DNA of 64,000 nt from a virus (IMGVR_UViG_2061766007_000586:192001-256000), one strand, 5' to 3'. Counted from the stretch's first letter, positions 45,515-56,412 are shown. Notes: a model not told the origin generated them from the sequence alone. Program-made: numbers and translations.

Positions 45515-46522
45515 ATGTTCCCTTATCGAATTTATGTTGATGGAGATAAGACATTTAATAATTATTTTCTTTTCTCCTATTATCTTAGCAGTTACATTAG
45601 TGATTCTTCGGTGTTGTATTCTGCTAAACCTTCTAATATCCACCATATGACAGAAGTTTTTGCATCAGGTCATAACCTATTTCATTTAAGCTGTGATATG
45701 GACAAAGTATTGCAGCATACTGATAAAAATATACTGTTTAAGAAGATAGCACAGGAAACTAATTTTGCATTAATCTTTAGAGACCCAAACAAGGCAGATG
45801 AGTATCATGATTTACTCTATGCTTTTACTTTACAGAATAAAGAATTTAGAATCATTGATGTATTTCCTGAAGATATTATTGTTCCTACAAAAACTAAATC
45901 AAATGAGTCAGTTGTATTCTCAGAAATTTATAAAGAATACATGGAACAATTAAAAGGTATGGATCATTTATCTTGCTACAAATTCTTAGCAATTATGTTA
46001 GCAAATCCATATTTATTAGATTTGGTTCTGCAAAACAAAGATAAGATTTATATCACAAATAACCAGATTGAACAGCAGATTGTTGATAATCTGAATTGGA
46101 TTTTAACTTATCATACAACTACTCTCCATGATATTTTGAAATCATTAAAAGGAGAAGTAGAAGAAATTAAACCAGAATATAAAGAAACAGAAAAGTATGA
46201 TTGGTCTGAGACTGGAGAAAATATTCCAGTGTATACTGGAACAGGTTTACTCTTAGCTAATGGATATCATTCAGTTGTGTACGATGGTAAAGAATCGTAT
46301 ATTGAAATAGAGTATAATAGATTAGTCCGGTCTCATATTCATCAATCACTTTATTCTATCATGTATGAAGAAAATACAGAAGATGACACAGATCGAATTA
46401 ATTATCATACTTCTGATACAGAAGCTTATCCTATTTTCTATCAATCTGTTATGTTTGCAGGTTCTCCCTTTAGAGCAAAATATTGGTATATCAATTCCAA
46501 GTATGTTACAGTGAAAGAATAA
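45515..46522 (+). CDS. hypothetical protein
   Basis: 335 aa with RBS GGAGG. Confidence 0.7.
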   Translation: MFPYRIYVDGDKTFNNYFLFSYYLSSYISDSSVLYSAKPSNIHHMTEVFASGHNLFHLSCDMDKVLQHTDKNILFKKIAQETNFALIFRDPNKADEYHDLLYAFTLQNKEFRIIDVFPEDIIVPTKTKSNESVVFSEIYKEYMEQLKGMDHLSCYKFLAIMLANPYLLDLVLQNKDKIYITNNQIEQQIVDNLNWILTYHTTTLHDILKSLKGEVEEIKPEYKETEKYDWSETGENIPVYTGTGLLLANGYHSVVYDGKESYIEIEYNRLVRSHIHQSLYSIMYEENTEDDTDRINYHTSDTEAYPIFYQSVMFAGSPFRAKYWYINSKYVTVKE

Positions 46523-46638
46523 AAATAAAACAGATCCTCTGTGCACATTACGTGCACAGAGGATCTTCAGTTTGAGCCCAAAACACAATTCGGGAAGACG
46601 AATCATGTTTAAAAGGAGATGTCAATTATGGTAACAAA

Positions 46639-47778
46639 TTATTTCAGGGGCTTTGCATTAGCAAGTGCCTGTTCAAATTCGTTCCCACCCATAGGATTAT
46701 AAGAGACCTGTTCTTTTTCTGTAGTTGAAGAAGTCTGATCTTTACGAACTTTCTTCTTAAACTTCTTGAACGGTTTCTTCTTAAATTCGTTTGTTTTTTC
46801 CATCGGTTTCTCGACAGGAGCTGTGATGATAGTTGTTGCCGGAATAGCATCACTTTCTTCAGCAGCTTTCATCTGGTTAAATTTTTCACGTTTCGCTCTA
46901 CGGGCATCACGAGCAGCTTTCAACTCAGCAATTCTGTAATTTACAGATTCGCCAGTGACACTCTCGAAATACCTTGCTAAGCCTTCCAGAACATAACACA
47001 TTGTTACATCACTATTACCGCAGGTATTATAGATATTTCTAATAATATCTTTGGCGTGACGAACAAATTTCGGAAGTCTTATAGTTTCAGGGAGAACAGT
47101 TCTCTTCTCCACGCTCATGGTAGGAATTTTATTATCCCCATGAACATTGGTAATCTTGATATTCAGAAGTTCGCAAACTTCGTTATAAAGAGCACTCTGT
47201 TCCGTTACAGTGTTGTTGAAATCGCAATACTCTTTGCTGGTGATGTCTCGAGCAAACGATTCCAGTACTTTGAAGAATGCCTCAATTCTTGGCATCATCT
47301 TACTGTTCCGAGATTTCGTATTTTCGGCATACTTGATAAACTTATCAATTTCGCCTTCATTATAAAATCCTGTTGCAGTTAATGACTGTCTCCATACATC
47401 AGCGCAGATACTCCAAATTGCATTGAGATGATCTACGTTTCTGGCAGTGACAGCAGCCTCATGAGACGCGTAATTTGGATCCATCGCACGGATCATAGCG
47501 ATGTATTCAGCCGTGGCAGGGAACCTAGAAAGCTTCTCAGGAAATGCCACATTACGCTGTACGTCTAATACGGTGATACGCTTGAAGTACGTCTCCGGTC
47601 GGTCGACGTCGATACCGATCGAATTGTTGACGGATTTAATCGTCAGTTCAAGGTGTTTACCCATAAACTTCAGCACGGATTTCTGGAATGTGATACTTCC
47701 ATCAGGAAGTCTCGTTTTCTCCAGAATCTTCTGCTGGCTACAGGCTTCGTTCCATGCGTTTTGTAATTTTGCGAGCAT
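46639..47778 (-). CDS. hypothetical protein with basic C-terminal tail
   Basis: 379 aa preceded by a ~400-nt non-coding leader. Confidence 0.7.
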   Translation of the reverse strand: MLAKLQNAWNEACSQQKILEKTRLPDGSITFQKSVLKFMGKHLELTIKSVNNSIGIDVDRPETYFKRITVLDVQRNVAFPEKLSRFPATAEYIAMIRAMDPNYASHEAAVTARNVDHLNAIWSICADVWRQSLTATGFYNEGEIDKFIKYAENTKSRNSKMMPRIEAFFKVLESFARDITSKEYCDFNNTVTEQSALYNEVCELLNIKITNVHGDNKIPTMSVEKRTVLPETIRLPKFVRHAKDIIRNIYNTCGNSDVTMCYVLEGLARYFESVTGESVNYRIAELKAARDARRAKREKFNQMKAAEESDAIPATTIITAPVEKPMEKTNEFKKKPFKKFKKKVRKDQTSSTTEKEQVSYNPMGGNEFEQALANAKPLK

Positions 47779-48271
47779 GTGTTAATGCGTCCTTATAATG
47801 TTTGTGAGTTACGATTTGCGAGACCATCAATCCAGAGATGATAAGCAAAACTCACGACACTCACTCCATCGTGCGTCCTACTTAAACATTTCACACAGAT
47901 GCTTAACAAGTCCTTTATCATTATAACTTAATATAACATTTGTTCATTCTTATCTTTAAAGTTCGTTAAACCGCGTAGAACTCTGCCATCATTATTTATA
48001 CTTTACTGAGTCAGTTGGGTTTGTGTTATGTGATATCACTGTGAGGTTAACTACCCAGAATCTGATAAACAATAATAGCGAAAAGATTTGAATGTTCAAA
48101 TGCACATCAAGCTAGAAATCAAAATTCCTTGCTAGACGTTCTCAATTTTACGTGAAATGATAGAAAATCTACCATCTATATAGTGATATATAGACAAATA
48201 AATTTTGATGTGTAAAAATCTTTCATTTTATGCCGTTAGACAATTAATAACATGAACGGAGAATATGAGTT

Positions 48272-50014
48272 ATGTTTGGTGATATGTTATTTAGCAATAC
48301 ACATAGTGTTGAGCAATTAGTTGATATTAAAAAGAAGAAGAAAGTTGATCGTGTTCTTCTTAAGGTTTTAAAAACTGTACGTTCTAGAGGGAACATTACT
48401 TCTTGGATTAAACCTGAATCTGATTTAAGAAAAGAATTTAATATATCTGATAAAGCAATGAATTCTATTTGTGAAAGCTTGAGTGATTATTATCAGGTGT
48501 CATTAGAATCAGCTTCCTTACGTTCTGTAAAAGACATGGTTCAGTTTATTAAGGCTCATGTAGCGACAGCAGCTGATTCAATTTTCTTAATAGATTCTTC
48601 TACTCTTGATGTTGATGAAGATGGGATAACAGAAGATCCAAATGGACCAAAAGAAAATTTAGAAGTTGATCCTGAAATTGTTAAATCTTCAGAACCAAGT
48701 AATCCTACAGAAGAAAAAGTTCCAGAAGGAACAGAAGTAAGTACTGAAACAACAGACAAAGAAGAATCTACAGAAACACCGAGTCAAGAAATCGCTGATG
48801 TGATTATCGGTGGAGTTGCTTTAGCTGGTATTATTGCATCTGGCATCAAGTTATATAAAGAAAAGAAAATGGCAGATCTTTGTGCTTGGGTAAATGAACA
48901 TTATTCAGAAGTATGTTCTTATATCAAAAGCAAAATGCAAGGATGTGATGCGTTTTATAAAAAGCGTGAGACTCTTTGGAGAGTACAAGATGCAATTGAT
49001 GCAAGTGAATCTAGAATAGATCAGTTAAATAAAATTAAGAGTATGCCTGAACCTCATGCAGGTGAACCACCGAATCTCTATAAAGATCGTTTAAAATCTC
49101 ATTTTGGAGATAAGATGGAAAACCGTATCATGCCAAAGAATCCTGCATATTTAACAATTGATGAAGCTGGTTATTTAGATGCGAGTACTACAAAAGAATA
49201 TGTCAGATCTTTATCGAAAGCTTTTGATTTACAAGATGAAGTTGATCAGAAGATTGATAAAATTCGTCATATCCCTGGTGGAGATAGTATTCGTTATATC
49301 AATGTATTAAGTGATATGAATGTCATGCCTTTCTTACATGCAATGTACAAAGAACAATGGACTGATAATTTCAATGAACATGTTCTGAAAGTTATTGCAG
49401 AAAATGTGAAGAAAGAAGATGTCACAAAATCAGGTGATTCTAGCCAAGAAGCTTATTCAGTTGAAGATATTTCTGTTCCAAAAGAAAAATACAACCTGTA
49501 TAAGAAAATGGAAACACCAGAATCTATTGCTGCAGCTGAAAAGAAAATAGGTTTTACATTTGGAAAACAAACGAAAAACTTATTTCTTCATTTCAATGGT
49601 ATCTATTATGGCACATGGGAATTTATGGATCTTGAAGAAGCTGATGGAAATACACATGCAACATATGAAGCTGATGATCGCTTAAAAGGAAAAACGATTG
49701 ATAAGCTTTTTGTTGCAAGAGATGGTTTTGGAAATTATCTCAGTGTAGATACCAATGATAGAGTCCACATTTATCAGCATGATGCTGAACCTGCTTTTAA
49801 ATCGGAATCAAAACTTCTTGATAATTTCATTAATGAAGATTATAAGAAATATGAGAAGTATAAGAGCAGTAAAAATAAAGATGTTGTTGAAGATCGTGGA
49901 CGTCTTAAAGAAACAAATAAGCTTGGTGCTAAATCTGTTGAATCATTTAGTATGGAGAATTTACAGACTTCTCAGCCTTCTGGAGATTGGGGAAGTATGT
50001 TGAATTCATTCTAA
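48272..50014 (+). CDS. probable virion/head-internal protein with ACP-like N-terminal and SMI1/KNR4-like C-terminal domains
   Basis: IKPESDLRKEF...LRSVKDMVQFI; ESIAAAEKKIGFTFG...DGFGNYL; multiple S-x-E sites; CATTTTATGC upstream. Confidence 0.6.
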   Translation: MFGDMLFSNTHSVEQLVDIKKKKKVDRVLLKVLKTVRSRGNITSWIKPESDLRKEFNISDKAMNSICESLSDYYQVSLESASLRSVKDMVQFIKAHVATAADSIFLIDSSTLDVDEDGITEDPNGPKENLEVDPEIVKSSEPSNPTEEKVPEGTEVSTETTDKEESTETPSQEIADVIIGGVALAGIIASGIKLYKEKKMADLCAWVNEHYSEVCSYIKSKMQGCDAFYKKRETLWRVQDAIDASESRIDQLNKIKSMPEPHAGEPPNLYKDRLKSHFGDKMENRIMPKNPAYLTIDEAGYLDASTTKEYVRSLSKAFDLQDEVDQKIDKIRHIPGGDSIRYINVLSDMNVMPFLHAMYKEQWTDNFNEHVLKVIAENVKKEDVTKSGDSSQEAYSVEDISVPKEKYNLYKKMETPESIAAAEKKIGFTFGKQTKNLFLHFNGIYYGTWEFMDLEEADGNTHATYEADDRLKGKTIDKLFVARDGFGNYLSVDTNDRVHIYQHDAEPAFKSESKLLDNFINEDYKKYEKYKSSKNKDVVEDRGRLKETNKLGAKSVESFSMENLQTSQPSGDWGSMLNSF

Positions 50015-50051
50015 GAAAAAAGCTTACTTGCGTAAGCTCTTTTCCGTTTGA

Positions 50052-50180
50052 TTAGACCGCGAGAATGGATAAGATCCGATCGACTTGTTCATCGGTCGGG
50101 TCTTCTTTCTCAAAGGTCCACTTCGTCAGGGGTTTGTTTTCCGTGGTTTCTTCTTCGTTCTGATTACGATTCTGATTCAT
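50052..50180 (-). CDS. small acidic protein (42 aa)
   Basis: MNQNRNQ...; GGAGG RBS and its own TATATTAC at 50221. Confidence 0.55.
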   Translation of the reverse strand: MNQNRNQNEEETTENKPLTKWTFEKEDPTDEQVDRILSILAV

Positions 50181-50256
50181 AAGAACCTCCCGTGATTGAA
50201 GTTTAAACTTTATCATTAATGTAATATATATTCTAAATGTTTCCAAAAACATATAG

Positions 50257-50288
50257 TACTACACGTCGGGATATCCCGACGTGTAGTA
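50257..50288 (-). terminator. terminator after the ClpP-like pair
   Basis: TACTACACGTCGGG-ATAT-CCCGACGTGTAGTA. Confidence 0.65.
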
Positions 50289-50292
50289 TCTT

Positions 50293-51123
50293 TTAATTTT
50301 GTATAGGAGCTACTTGTGTAGGTTGTGTTGGTTGAGAAGTTTGTGCAGTTGGATATTGAGAAGGATTGGTAGATGCAACTTGTTCCTGAGGAGATTTCTT
50401 CAAACGATTATAATTCATAACCGCATTACGATAAGCCTCACCGTATAAAGTATAACTACCTTGCTTTTCAAAGATATGCTTTAAATTTTCTTCTGGTAAG
50501 AATCCAGCTTCATTTGCTACATTAAGCAAATGCTGTTTTCTACCAAGATCAAATTCATAAGCATTCTTAGCATCGATATGACCAACACCACCAGCTCTAA
50601 CTGAGCAAGCATCAAATCTTACTAAACCAAATTTACATGGCATAATAAAATCACATGCTAATGCAGGATAGAATGCAGCAGTATTTAACGCATATGGAAT
50701 ACAAGCTATTTTTGTTTTTGCATGACATCCACGAATAGCATTATGAAGAATATAACTATCGTCAACTTCTAAAATACTATTCAAATGCACAAATACAACA
50801 TCAGTAGGTTTCACTAATAACTCTAAGAACATAATGAACTGATTTACAAGTCTACTTGTTAATTCAGGAACATTAAGATAGAATGTTACCATTTTTCCTG
50901 TACCACTTGGTAAAGGACTGATTGTATATTGTACAATCGGCGGAGCTTTAGCAGAAGGCGGAACAGGTGGCTGTACATCAGTATCAATTAACGTAGAAGA
51001 AGGTATAGCAAAGGCTTCTAAACTAGCTTCTGTTTCTTTCAGATCTTCAGTAGAAATTTCTACATCTTTTAAATCTGAAATATCAGTTAAGATAGCTTCA
51101 TCAAACAGTGTGAACTTGCCCAT
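50293..51123 (-). CDS. ClpP-fold protein, probably catalytically inactive
   Basis: VFVHLNS...ALNTAAFYPALAC...VRFDAC aligns with ClpP but lacks the catalytic Ser and His. Confidence 0.6.
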   Translation of the reverse strand: MGKFTLFDEAILTDISDLKDVEISTEDLKETEASLEAFAIPSSTLIDTDVQPPVPPSAKAPPIVQYTISPLPSGTGKMVTFYLNVPELTSRLVNQFIMFLELLVKPTDVVFVHLNSILEVDDSYILHNAIRGCHAKTKIACIPYALNTAAFYPALACDFIMPCKFGLVRFDACSVRAGGVGHIDAKNAYEFDLGRKQHLLNVANEAGFLPEENLKHIFEKQGSYTLYGEAYRNAVMNYNRLKKSPQEQVASTNPSQYPTAQTSQPTQPTQVAPIQN

Positions 51124-51766
51124 CAGTTACCTCCTTTCCTTGCAATTGATTTACGATTCTACTATTAATTACTGTAGCAGGTAAGAAGAAGTCTTCACGG
51201 TTTTCAAGAACACGTGTTAATTCTTCTGGTGTTAAAACACCTTGTGTAAGTTTTGTAACCATTTCTTTAAAATAACTATTAATCTGCTCACATTCTTCCA
51301 CAATATCAGATACTTTACCTGCTTGTAATCCGGATGGACCATGCACCATAAGAGTAGATCCAGGTTGCATGATTCTCTGATGACCTGCTAACCAAATAAT
51401 AGCAGCAATACTAGCAACTAATCCCAATGCTTCTGTCGTAACTTCAGCTTGAGTATTTTCTATTGCAGTAAGGATGGCTACACCTGTTTCTACCATACCA
51501 CCAGGAGAAGCTATTTTAATTGTAACATGATCACCTTTCTTAGCATGATAAAGAGTATCAAGAAGTTGAATATATTTTCCAGGGAATAAAACTTCACCTG
51601 AAATAATTGCAACATAATTCTTGTGTCCACTTTCGTCTGTTGTAGATACAACAGTTCCAGAATCTCCTAAGATAGGTGGCATGACAGTTGTAGGTGGTGG
51701 AGAAGGCGGCGTAGCAGGAGGTGGAGTAGGCATTGGTTTTGCCTCTTCATTTACAATTTCTGCCAT
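51101..51766 (-). CDS. ClpP-like serine protease
   Basis: IASPGG, GLVASIAA (Ser), LMVHGP (His) and EDFFL. Confidence 0.85.
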   Translation of the reverse strand: MAEIVNEEAKPMPTPPPATPPSPPPTTVMPPILGDSGTVVSTTDESGHKNYVAIISGEVLFPGKYIQLLDTLYHAKKGDHVTIKIASPGGMVETGVAILTAIENTQAEVTTEALGLVASIAAIIWLAGHQRIMQPGSTLMVHGPSGLQAGKVSDIVEECEQINSYFKEMVTKLTQGVLTPEELTRVLENREDFFLPATVINSRIVNQLQGKEVTDGQVHTV

Positions 51767-51777
51767 GATAAAATTCC

Positions 51778-52572
51778 TTATTTGAAGATTTCATGGAAAG
51801 GATCAACAGGTTTTCCGCTATCAGTGATAGTACCTTTATCAGATAAACGATAAGTACGATTGAATACTTTAACCTGATCTACACCAAGAATATCTTCTAA
51901 TTGGTGATCGTTTAAAATCTCCTGCGAAACTAACTCTTGAATCGTATCAGTTTTCTTAATTGGAATATTGATTGATTCAATAGAAGGATCGTATACTTTT
52001 GCTGCTTGTGCATAACCTCCAAGAGGTACTGCATCAATAGTTACTAAGCAAGATACTTTTTGAATCACATTACCTTTTCCATCTTCACCAATTCGTTCTA
52101 CTAAAGAGCGAAGAGAGAAGCAAGTATTCTGCGTAGCATCTTCAAACGATTCTTTTAAGTATTTGCCATAGACACCAGTTGGTTTAATCCAGCCATAGAC
52201 AACAGTGTTTTCTTGTTCTGTTGATCCTTTGGTATAAACTTTACCAACTTGGTGAGAAATGGATTTCATATCGATTTGAGCAATATCTGCTAAATCAGCT
52301 TCACTCTTTACAACTGGATGACCATAGCAACCATAGAGAGCAGAAGCACGAAGATGTTTTACAAAGTAACTAGAAGGATCAGTAAGTGCCTTCATCATAC
52401 TTTCTACTGTATAAATTTTGCCATTACGAGATGGCTTACCTAATACAAGTAAAGGTACATCTTCATAAAAACCTTGATCATTTGGATGCATGGCTTTTGC
52501 CTTGCCTTCCAGCATGATCCCGCTTATTTCAAAACTAATATTTTTCATAGACAATTCCTTGTAGGTTTTCAT
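51778..52572 (-). CDS. prohead protease (peptidase S80, phiKZ gp175-like)
   Basis: SRNGKIY, LYGCYGHP, SHQV, IKPTGVYG and CFSLRS. Confidence 0.85.
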   Translation of the reverse strand: MKTYKELSMKNISFEISGIMLEGKAKAMHPNDQGFYEDVPLLVLGKPSRNGKIYTVESMMKALTDPSSYFVKHLRASALYGCYGHPVVKSEADLADIAQIDMKSISHQVGKVYTKGSTEQENTVVYGWIKPTGVYGKYLKESFEDATQNTCFSLRSLVERIGEDGKGNVIQKVSCLVTIDAVPLGGYAQAAKVYDPSIESINIPIKKTDTIQELVSQEILNDHQLEDILGVDQVKVFNRTYRLSDKGTITDSGKPVDPFHEIFK

Positions 52573-53267
52573 TGACGTAAAATATCTTCGAGTGGTGAAT
52601 CGTTTTCGATATCAGTATTAATTGCTGTTACGATACTAGATTTCAGATAACCCGAGATTAATTTCGAAGTAAGAGAAGAAGTGATATTCGGCATATCACT
52701 TAATTTAATATGGAATGGTGGATCCTTCAAGTCTGTTAAACGATATGGAATCTGCACATTCTTTCTACAACGAGAAGTATGAGCAAATAGCAATTCGAAT
52801 GCAACATTATTGAAGTTACCAATAGCACTTCCAGTAATTTTTGCTACTGTATGAAATAAAAATGCGTAATCATCGTATTTGATTGTAGAAGGCAGATGGT
52901 TACCTGCGAGATAAGCATCGAAGACGGCAAAAGCAATATTCTGCGTTTTAACAATATGTGAACTCTTCATGAAGATATCACCTTTGTGGAAAATACAGTA
53001 TATGTACTCTTGCCCTTCGATTACTTTAAATACAATTGTACTCGGCTGCATCTTGAGGATAGCAGGTAAGAAGAATTGACCCTTTTCTTCCTCATTATAC
53101 CAAAAAGTAAAAATACCTAATGTTGTTACATCCGATTCAACTTTAACCATCTGATACTTCTCATAAAACCTAGGAATTAAAACATGAAGTTCTTGATCTC
53201 CGACATAACGGATACTTTTATCATCTTCAAATTTTAAATTAGGATCAATTGAGAGTCGTTTCGTCAT
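52569..53267 (-). CDS. conserved phiKZ-like hypothetical protein adjacent to the head protease
   Basis: IPRFY, TLGIF, PYR, SKLISGY and SPLEDILR; synteny with the protease. Confidence 0.6.
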   Translation of the reverse strand: MTKRLSIDPNLKFEDDKSIRYVGDQELHVLIPRFYEKYQMVKVESDVTTLGIFTFWYNEEEKGQFFLPAILKMQPSTIVFKVIEGQEYIYCIFHKGDIFMKSSHIVKTQNIAFAVFDAYLAGNHLPSTIKYDDYAFLFHTVAKITGSAIGNFNNVAFELLFAHTSRCRKNVQIPYRLTDLKDPPFHIKLSDMPNITSSLTSKLISGYLKSSIVTAINTDIENDSPLEDILRQ

Positions 53268-53277
53268 AAGTTATCCT

Positions 53278-56200
53278 TTATGGAATATCATCAATTGTTG
53301 TATCACCGAGTGTAGAACCGTTATCTGCTATGAGATCATCAACGGAATCATCGGAGCCTGATTGACCTGAATTACCTGGTTCATTTGTACCACTACCAGA
53401 ATCATCGGGTTCATCGTCAATATAATCATACTGATCTTCACCCATGACGCCGTCATCACCAAGTACTACGCCACCACCAGAAGGAGTTGGTATTGGAGTA
53501 GGTTCAGGTGTTGGTTCATCATCATCGATGTAATCAAATTGATCATCACCTAATACACCATCATCTCCAATTACAACACCACCACCTGAGCTAGGATCTG
53601 GTGGAGTTGGAGTAGGATTATCATCGATCTCGTAATAGAATCCAGGATCCAGATATCCATCATCACCGATTACAAGACTACCATCGCCACTGGGTTGTGT
53701 ATTACCGCCACCTTCATCATCAATTTCATAATAGAAATTAGGATCAAGATAACCGTCATCGCCAATAACTAAGTTACCATCATGATCAACAACATTAGTA
53801 TTATTGTCTATGATAACATCAGTACTATTATTTGCAACCCATGTTAAAGTAGGATCATAAGGTTCTGTTATGGTAGTATTATTGGACCAAACAACTTCAA
53901 TAGCTGGATCACTTAAAAGAACAAGTTCCCATCTACCTTTTGTTGTGTTGTACTGAATACTAGCAACTGTATTGTTAATTAGTTTTGACCAAGTTGTACC
54001 GGATTTTGTGTAATATCCGTTACATCCTTCCAAATTACCAGTTAATCCGATTACTCTAAGATAATCAGTTGATACAGTAGGTCCATTATCTCCCATTACA
54101 ATGGTGGTTGTAACAAGAATTGGTTTAATAAACTTCTTAGGTTTATTTGTAACCTTTTCATATTCGATTGTATAGACAGGTTCTTCAGGCTCTTCATCAT
54201 CTGGTTTAATAATAGAAGGATCATCTTCTATCGTAGCAGGAGTGAGAGGAGCATAGAGAATATCTACAATATCAAAAGCTTGAATATCTTTTAGCAATTC
54301 ACCAGGATGATACTGATTGAATTGATCAATAAACACAATTGGATCTTGCTTCCAGATATATTGTTCATATCGTAATGAATCTGGAATCTCAAGAGGAGTT
54401 GTATAAACTTCCCATTGAAGTGAGGAACTATCAATATCTAAAACTTTCCACCAAGTTAATGTAGTTGGATCTGCATTTTCTGACGCATTGATTGCAATAT
54501 AAGTTGGATGTTCTTTTTCACCAAGATACATTGTGTTAGCACCAACAAAGAATTGACAATCTTCTACATTAGCGTTTAATGAACTCCATGTATAAGCAAC
54601 ATTGTTTCCTAAACCATCCTTTTGGACAGGACTTGAAACAGTTTTACCATAGATCTTTCCTGTAACATTAGAACGTGCTATATAGCAGTTCTTTAACATA
54701 AATGAAAATTCAAATACTGATTCAGATGGGAAAACATTCAATCTTGCTTGTGTACTTAATGCACCAAGATTTGTTGTAGTACTACCATCGATATTGATAT
54801 GTGCTACAGCTCCTTCTTTCTTTGAGATATAAAGAGGATCTCTTGGTGTAATAGAAACGATAGTATCATTTCTTCTTACAAGTCTTGTATAATCAATAAT
54901 CTCTTTTGTTTTACGATTGAATAAAATACCTTGAGTATTTCTTGGGAATCTTAAAACATTTGGTTTTATAATTGAGATTGGAGATACTTTATTAAAGGAA
55001 ACGTATTTATCAGTCTGAACAACGGTTACAAACGGAATATCAAATTGTGTTGCATATTCAATTGCTCTCCATTCAGAAGAACTATGCTTCCAGTTAAAAC
55101 TCTTATCAGTGTAAACATTAGAAATAATGTATCCTACAGCAGCACGATAAAGTGTACTTAATCCGTAGAAAATACCTGCATGTTGTAAATTAGATGCAAG
55201 GATATTAACAATCTGTGGAATGGTTGCTGATAATTCAACTACCATGTATTTGACGTCTTCTTCCTTGATAAAGTAATAATTCAAATTATCAATACCAGGG
55301 ATGAACATACGACCACCAAAGCAAAGAACAGGGAACTGACTATATTCAGTTTCTTCTACTTTAACTGCAAATGTTAAAGTAAAACTGAATTGTCTCCAAA
55401 ACTCTACATCATGATTTAAGAATGTTTCTAATGTATTTTTAGCCCATAAGTAGGATTTGGTTGTTCCGTCAGAATTAGTTCTTACAAGTCCACCATTTGT
55501 TAAAATAACTTTATCATCTTTTCTGATTACAACATCAGGATGACAATCTGATAATTTCCAATGTTTAATTTCAGTAGAAGATTCTTCAGGAAGAATTTTA
55601 CTAAAATCTAAAAAAACAATATTCTGATCATCGTCTCTAACATCACGAAGCATATGAGCACCATTCTTAACAAAAAGTTCATTTGACTTTTTGTCATAGA
55701 TTGGATATCCTACAACTCCGTTTACAGATACTAAAGTATTCTTTAGATCTGTTAAACTTCCAGGAAGATTTTTAAAGACTAAATCAGGAAGAGTTGTTTT
55801 ACGATTCTTTTTGTTACGTATTCTTGGAGCATTGATATTAACGTAACCAGCTGAAACGTAGTTATTATAATTGTAACTAAAAATAAAAGGACGATCTGTA
55901 ATATTAGAATCAAATGGAGTAGGTTTCGTATACACGTATGATTTAACTACACCATCTTTGACTACAGAACGCTTAAAGTACTGAACGCTAGGAACAGGAG
56001 AATAAGTATAGACTTGTCTAATACGAGGATCAGTTAAGCGTAGCTTAATCTCGTCTAACAGATTAATCCAGGATACAACACATAATTGGAATACTGTTAA
56101 GAATTTGGCTAAGTCGATAAAGATATAGCTTGTCTTAGTTGTTTTGCGTTCACATACAACAATGAGATTAAGATTGGGAGTACTACGGCGCATCGCTTCA

Positions 56201-56292
56201 GAATATGTTTTATAAGAAGTATCGAAACAAATCGTTTCTTGCTTCTCACGCTGAATGATACCCACAATCTTAAACGAGGTACTTATAGCCAT
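53278..56292 (-). CDS. large virion structural protein with acidic Gly/Asp repeat tail
   Basis: Likely start MAISTS after AAGGAGG; late motif at 56331; VIGDDG repeats. Confidence 0.65.
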   Translation of the reverse strand: MAISTSFKIVGIIQREKQETICFDTSYKTYSEAMRRSTPNLNLIVVCERKTTKTSYIFIDLAKFLTVFQLCVVSWINLLDEIKLRLTDPRIRQVYTYSPVPSVQYFKRSVVKDGVVKSYVYTKPTPFDSNITDRPFIFSYNYNNYVSAGYVNINAPRIRNKKNRKTTLPDLVFKNLPGSLTDLKNTLVSVNGVVGYPIYDKKSNELFVKNGAHMLRDVRDDDQNIVFLDFSKILPEESSTEIKHWKLSDCHPDVVIRKDDKVILTNGGLVRTNSDGTTKSYLWAKNTLETFLNHDVEFWRQFSFTLTFAVKVEETEYSQFPVLCFGGRMFIPGIDNLNYYFIKEEDVKYMVVELSATIPQIVNILASNLQHAGIFYGLSTLYRAAVGYIISNVYTDKSFNWKHSSSEWRAIEYATQFDIPFVTVVQTDKYVSFNKVSPISIIKPNVLRFPRNTQGILFNRKTKEIIDYTRLVRRNDTIVSITPRDPLYISKKEGAVAHINIDGSTTTNLGALSTQARLNVFPSESVFEFSFMLKNCYIARSNVTGKIYGKTVSSPVQKDGLGNNVAYTWSSLNANVEDCQFFVGANTMYLGEKEHPTYIAINASENADPTTLTWWKVLDIDSSSLQWEVYTTPLEIPDSLRYEQYIWKQDPIVFIDQFNQYHPGELLKDIQAFDIVDILYAPLTPATIEDDPSIIKPDDEEPEEPVYTIEYEKVTNKPKKFIKPILVTTTIVMGDNGPTVSTDYLRVIGLTGNLEGCNGYYTKSGTTWSKLINNTVASIQYNTTKGRWELVLLSDPAIEVVWSNNTTITEPYDPTLTWVANNSTDVIIDNNTNVVDHDGNLVIGDDGYLDPNFYYEIDDEGGGNTQPSGDGSLVIGDDGYLDPGFYYEIDDNPTPTPPDPSSGGGVVIGDDGVLGDDQFDYIDDDEPTPEPTPIPTPSGGGVVLGDDGVMGEDQYDYIDDEPDDSGSGTNEPGNSGQSGSDDSVDDLIADNGSTLGDTTIDDIP
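53410..53785 (-). repeat. four imperfect peptide repeats (V/L)V(I/L)GDDGx(L/M)...Y(E/Y)IDD
   Basis: Seen in the translation of 53278..56292. Confidence 0.75.
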
Positions 56293-56363
56293 AAATATGT
56301 GCCTCCTTAATATTAATGTATAGAACATTCGCATAAAATGAGATCTGAAGCAAAAAAGAAGAG

Positions 56364-56399
56364 ATCCCTCTCCTGAGCTTTTCAGCTCAGGAGAGGGAT
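56364..56399 (-). terminator. intrinsic terminator
   Basis: ATCCCTCTCCTGAGCT/AGCTCAGGAGAGGGAT plus a T-run on the minus strand. Confidence 0.75.
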
Positions 56400-56412
56400 G
56401 ATGCCTATCGTA

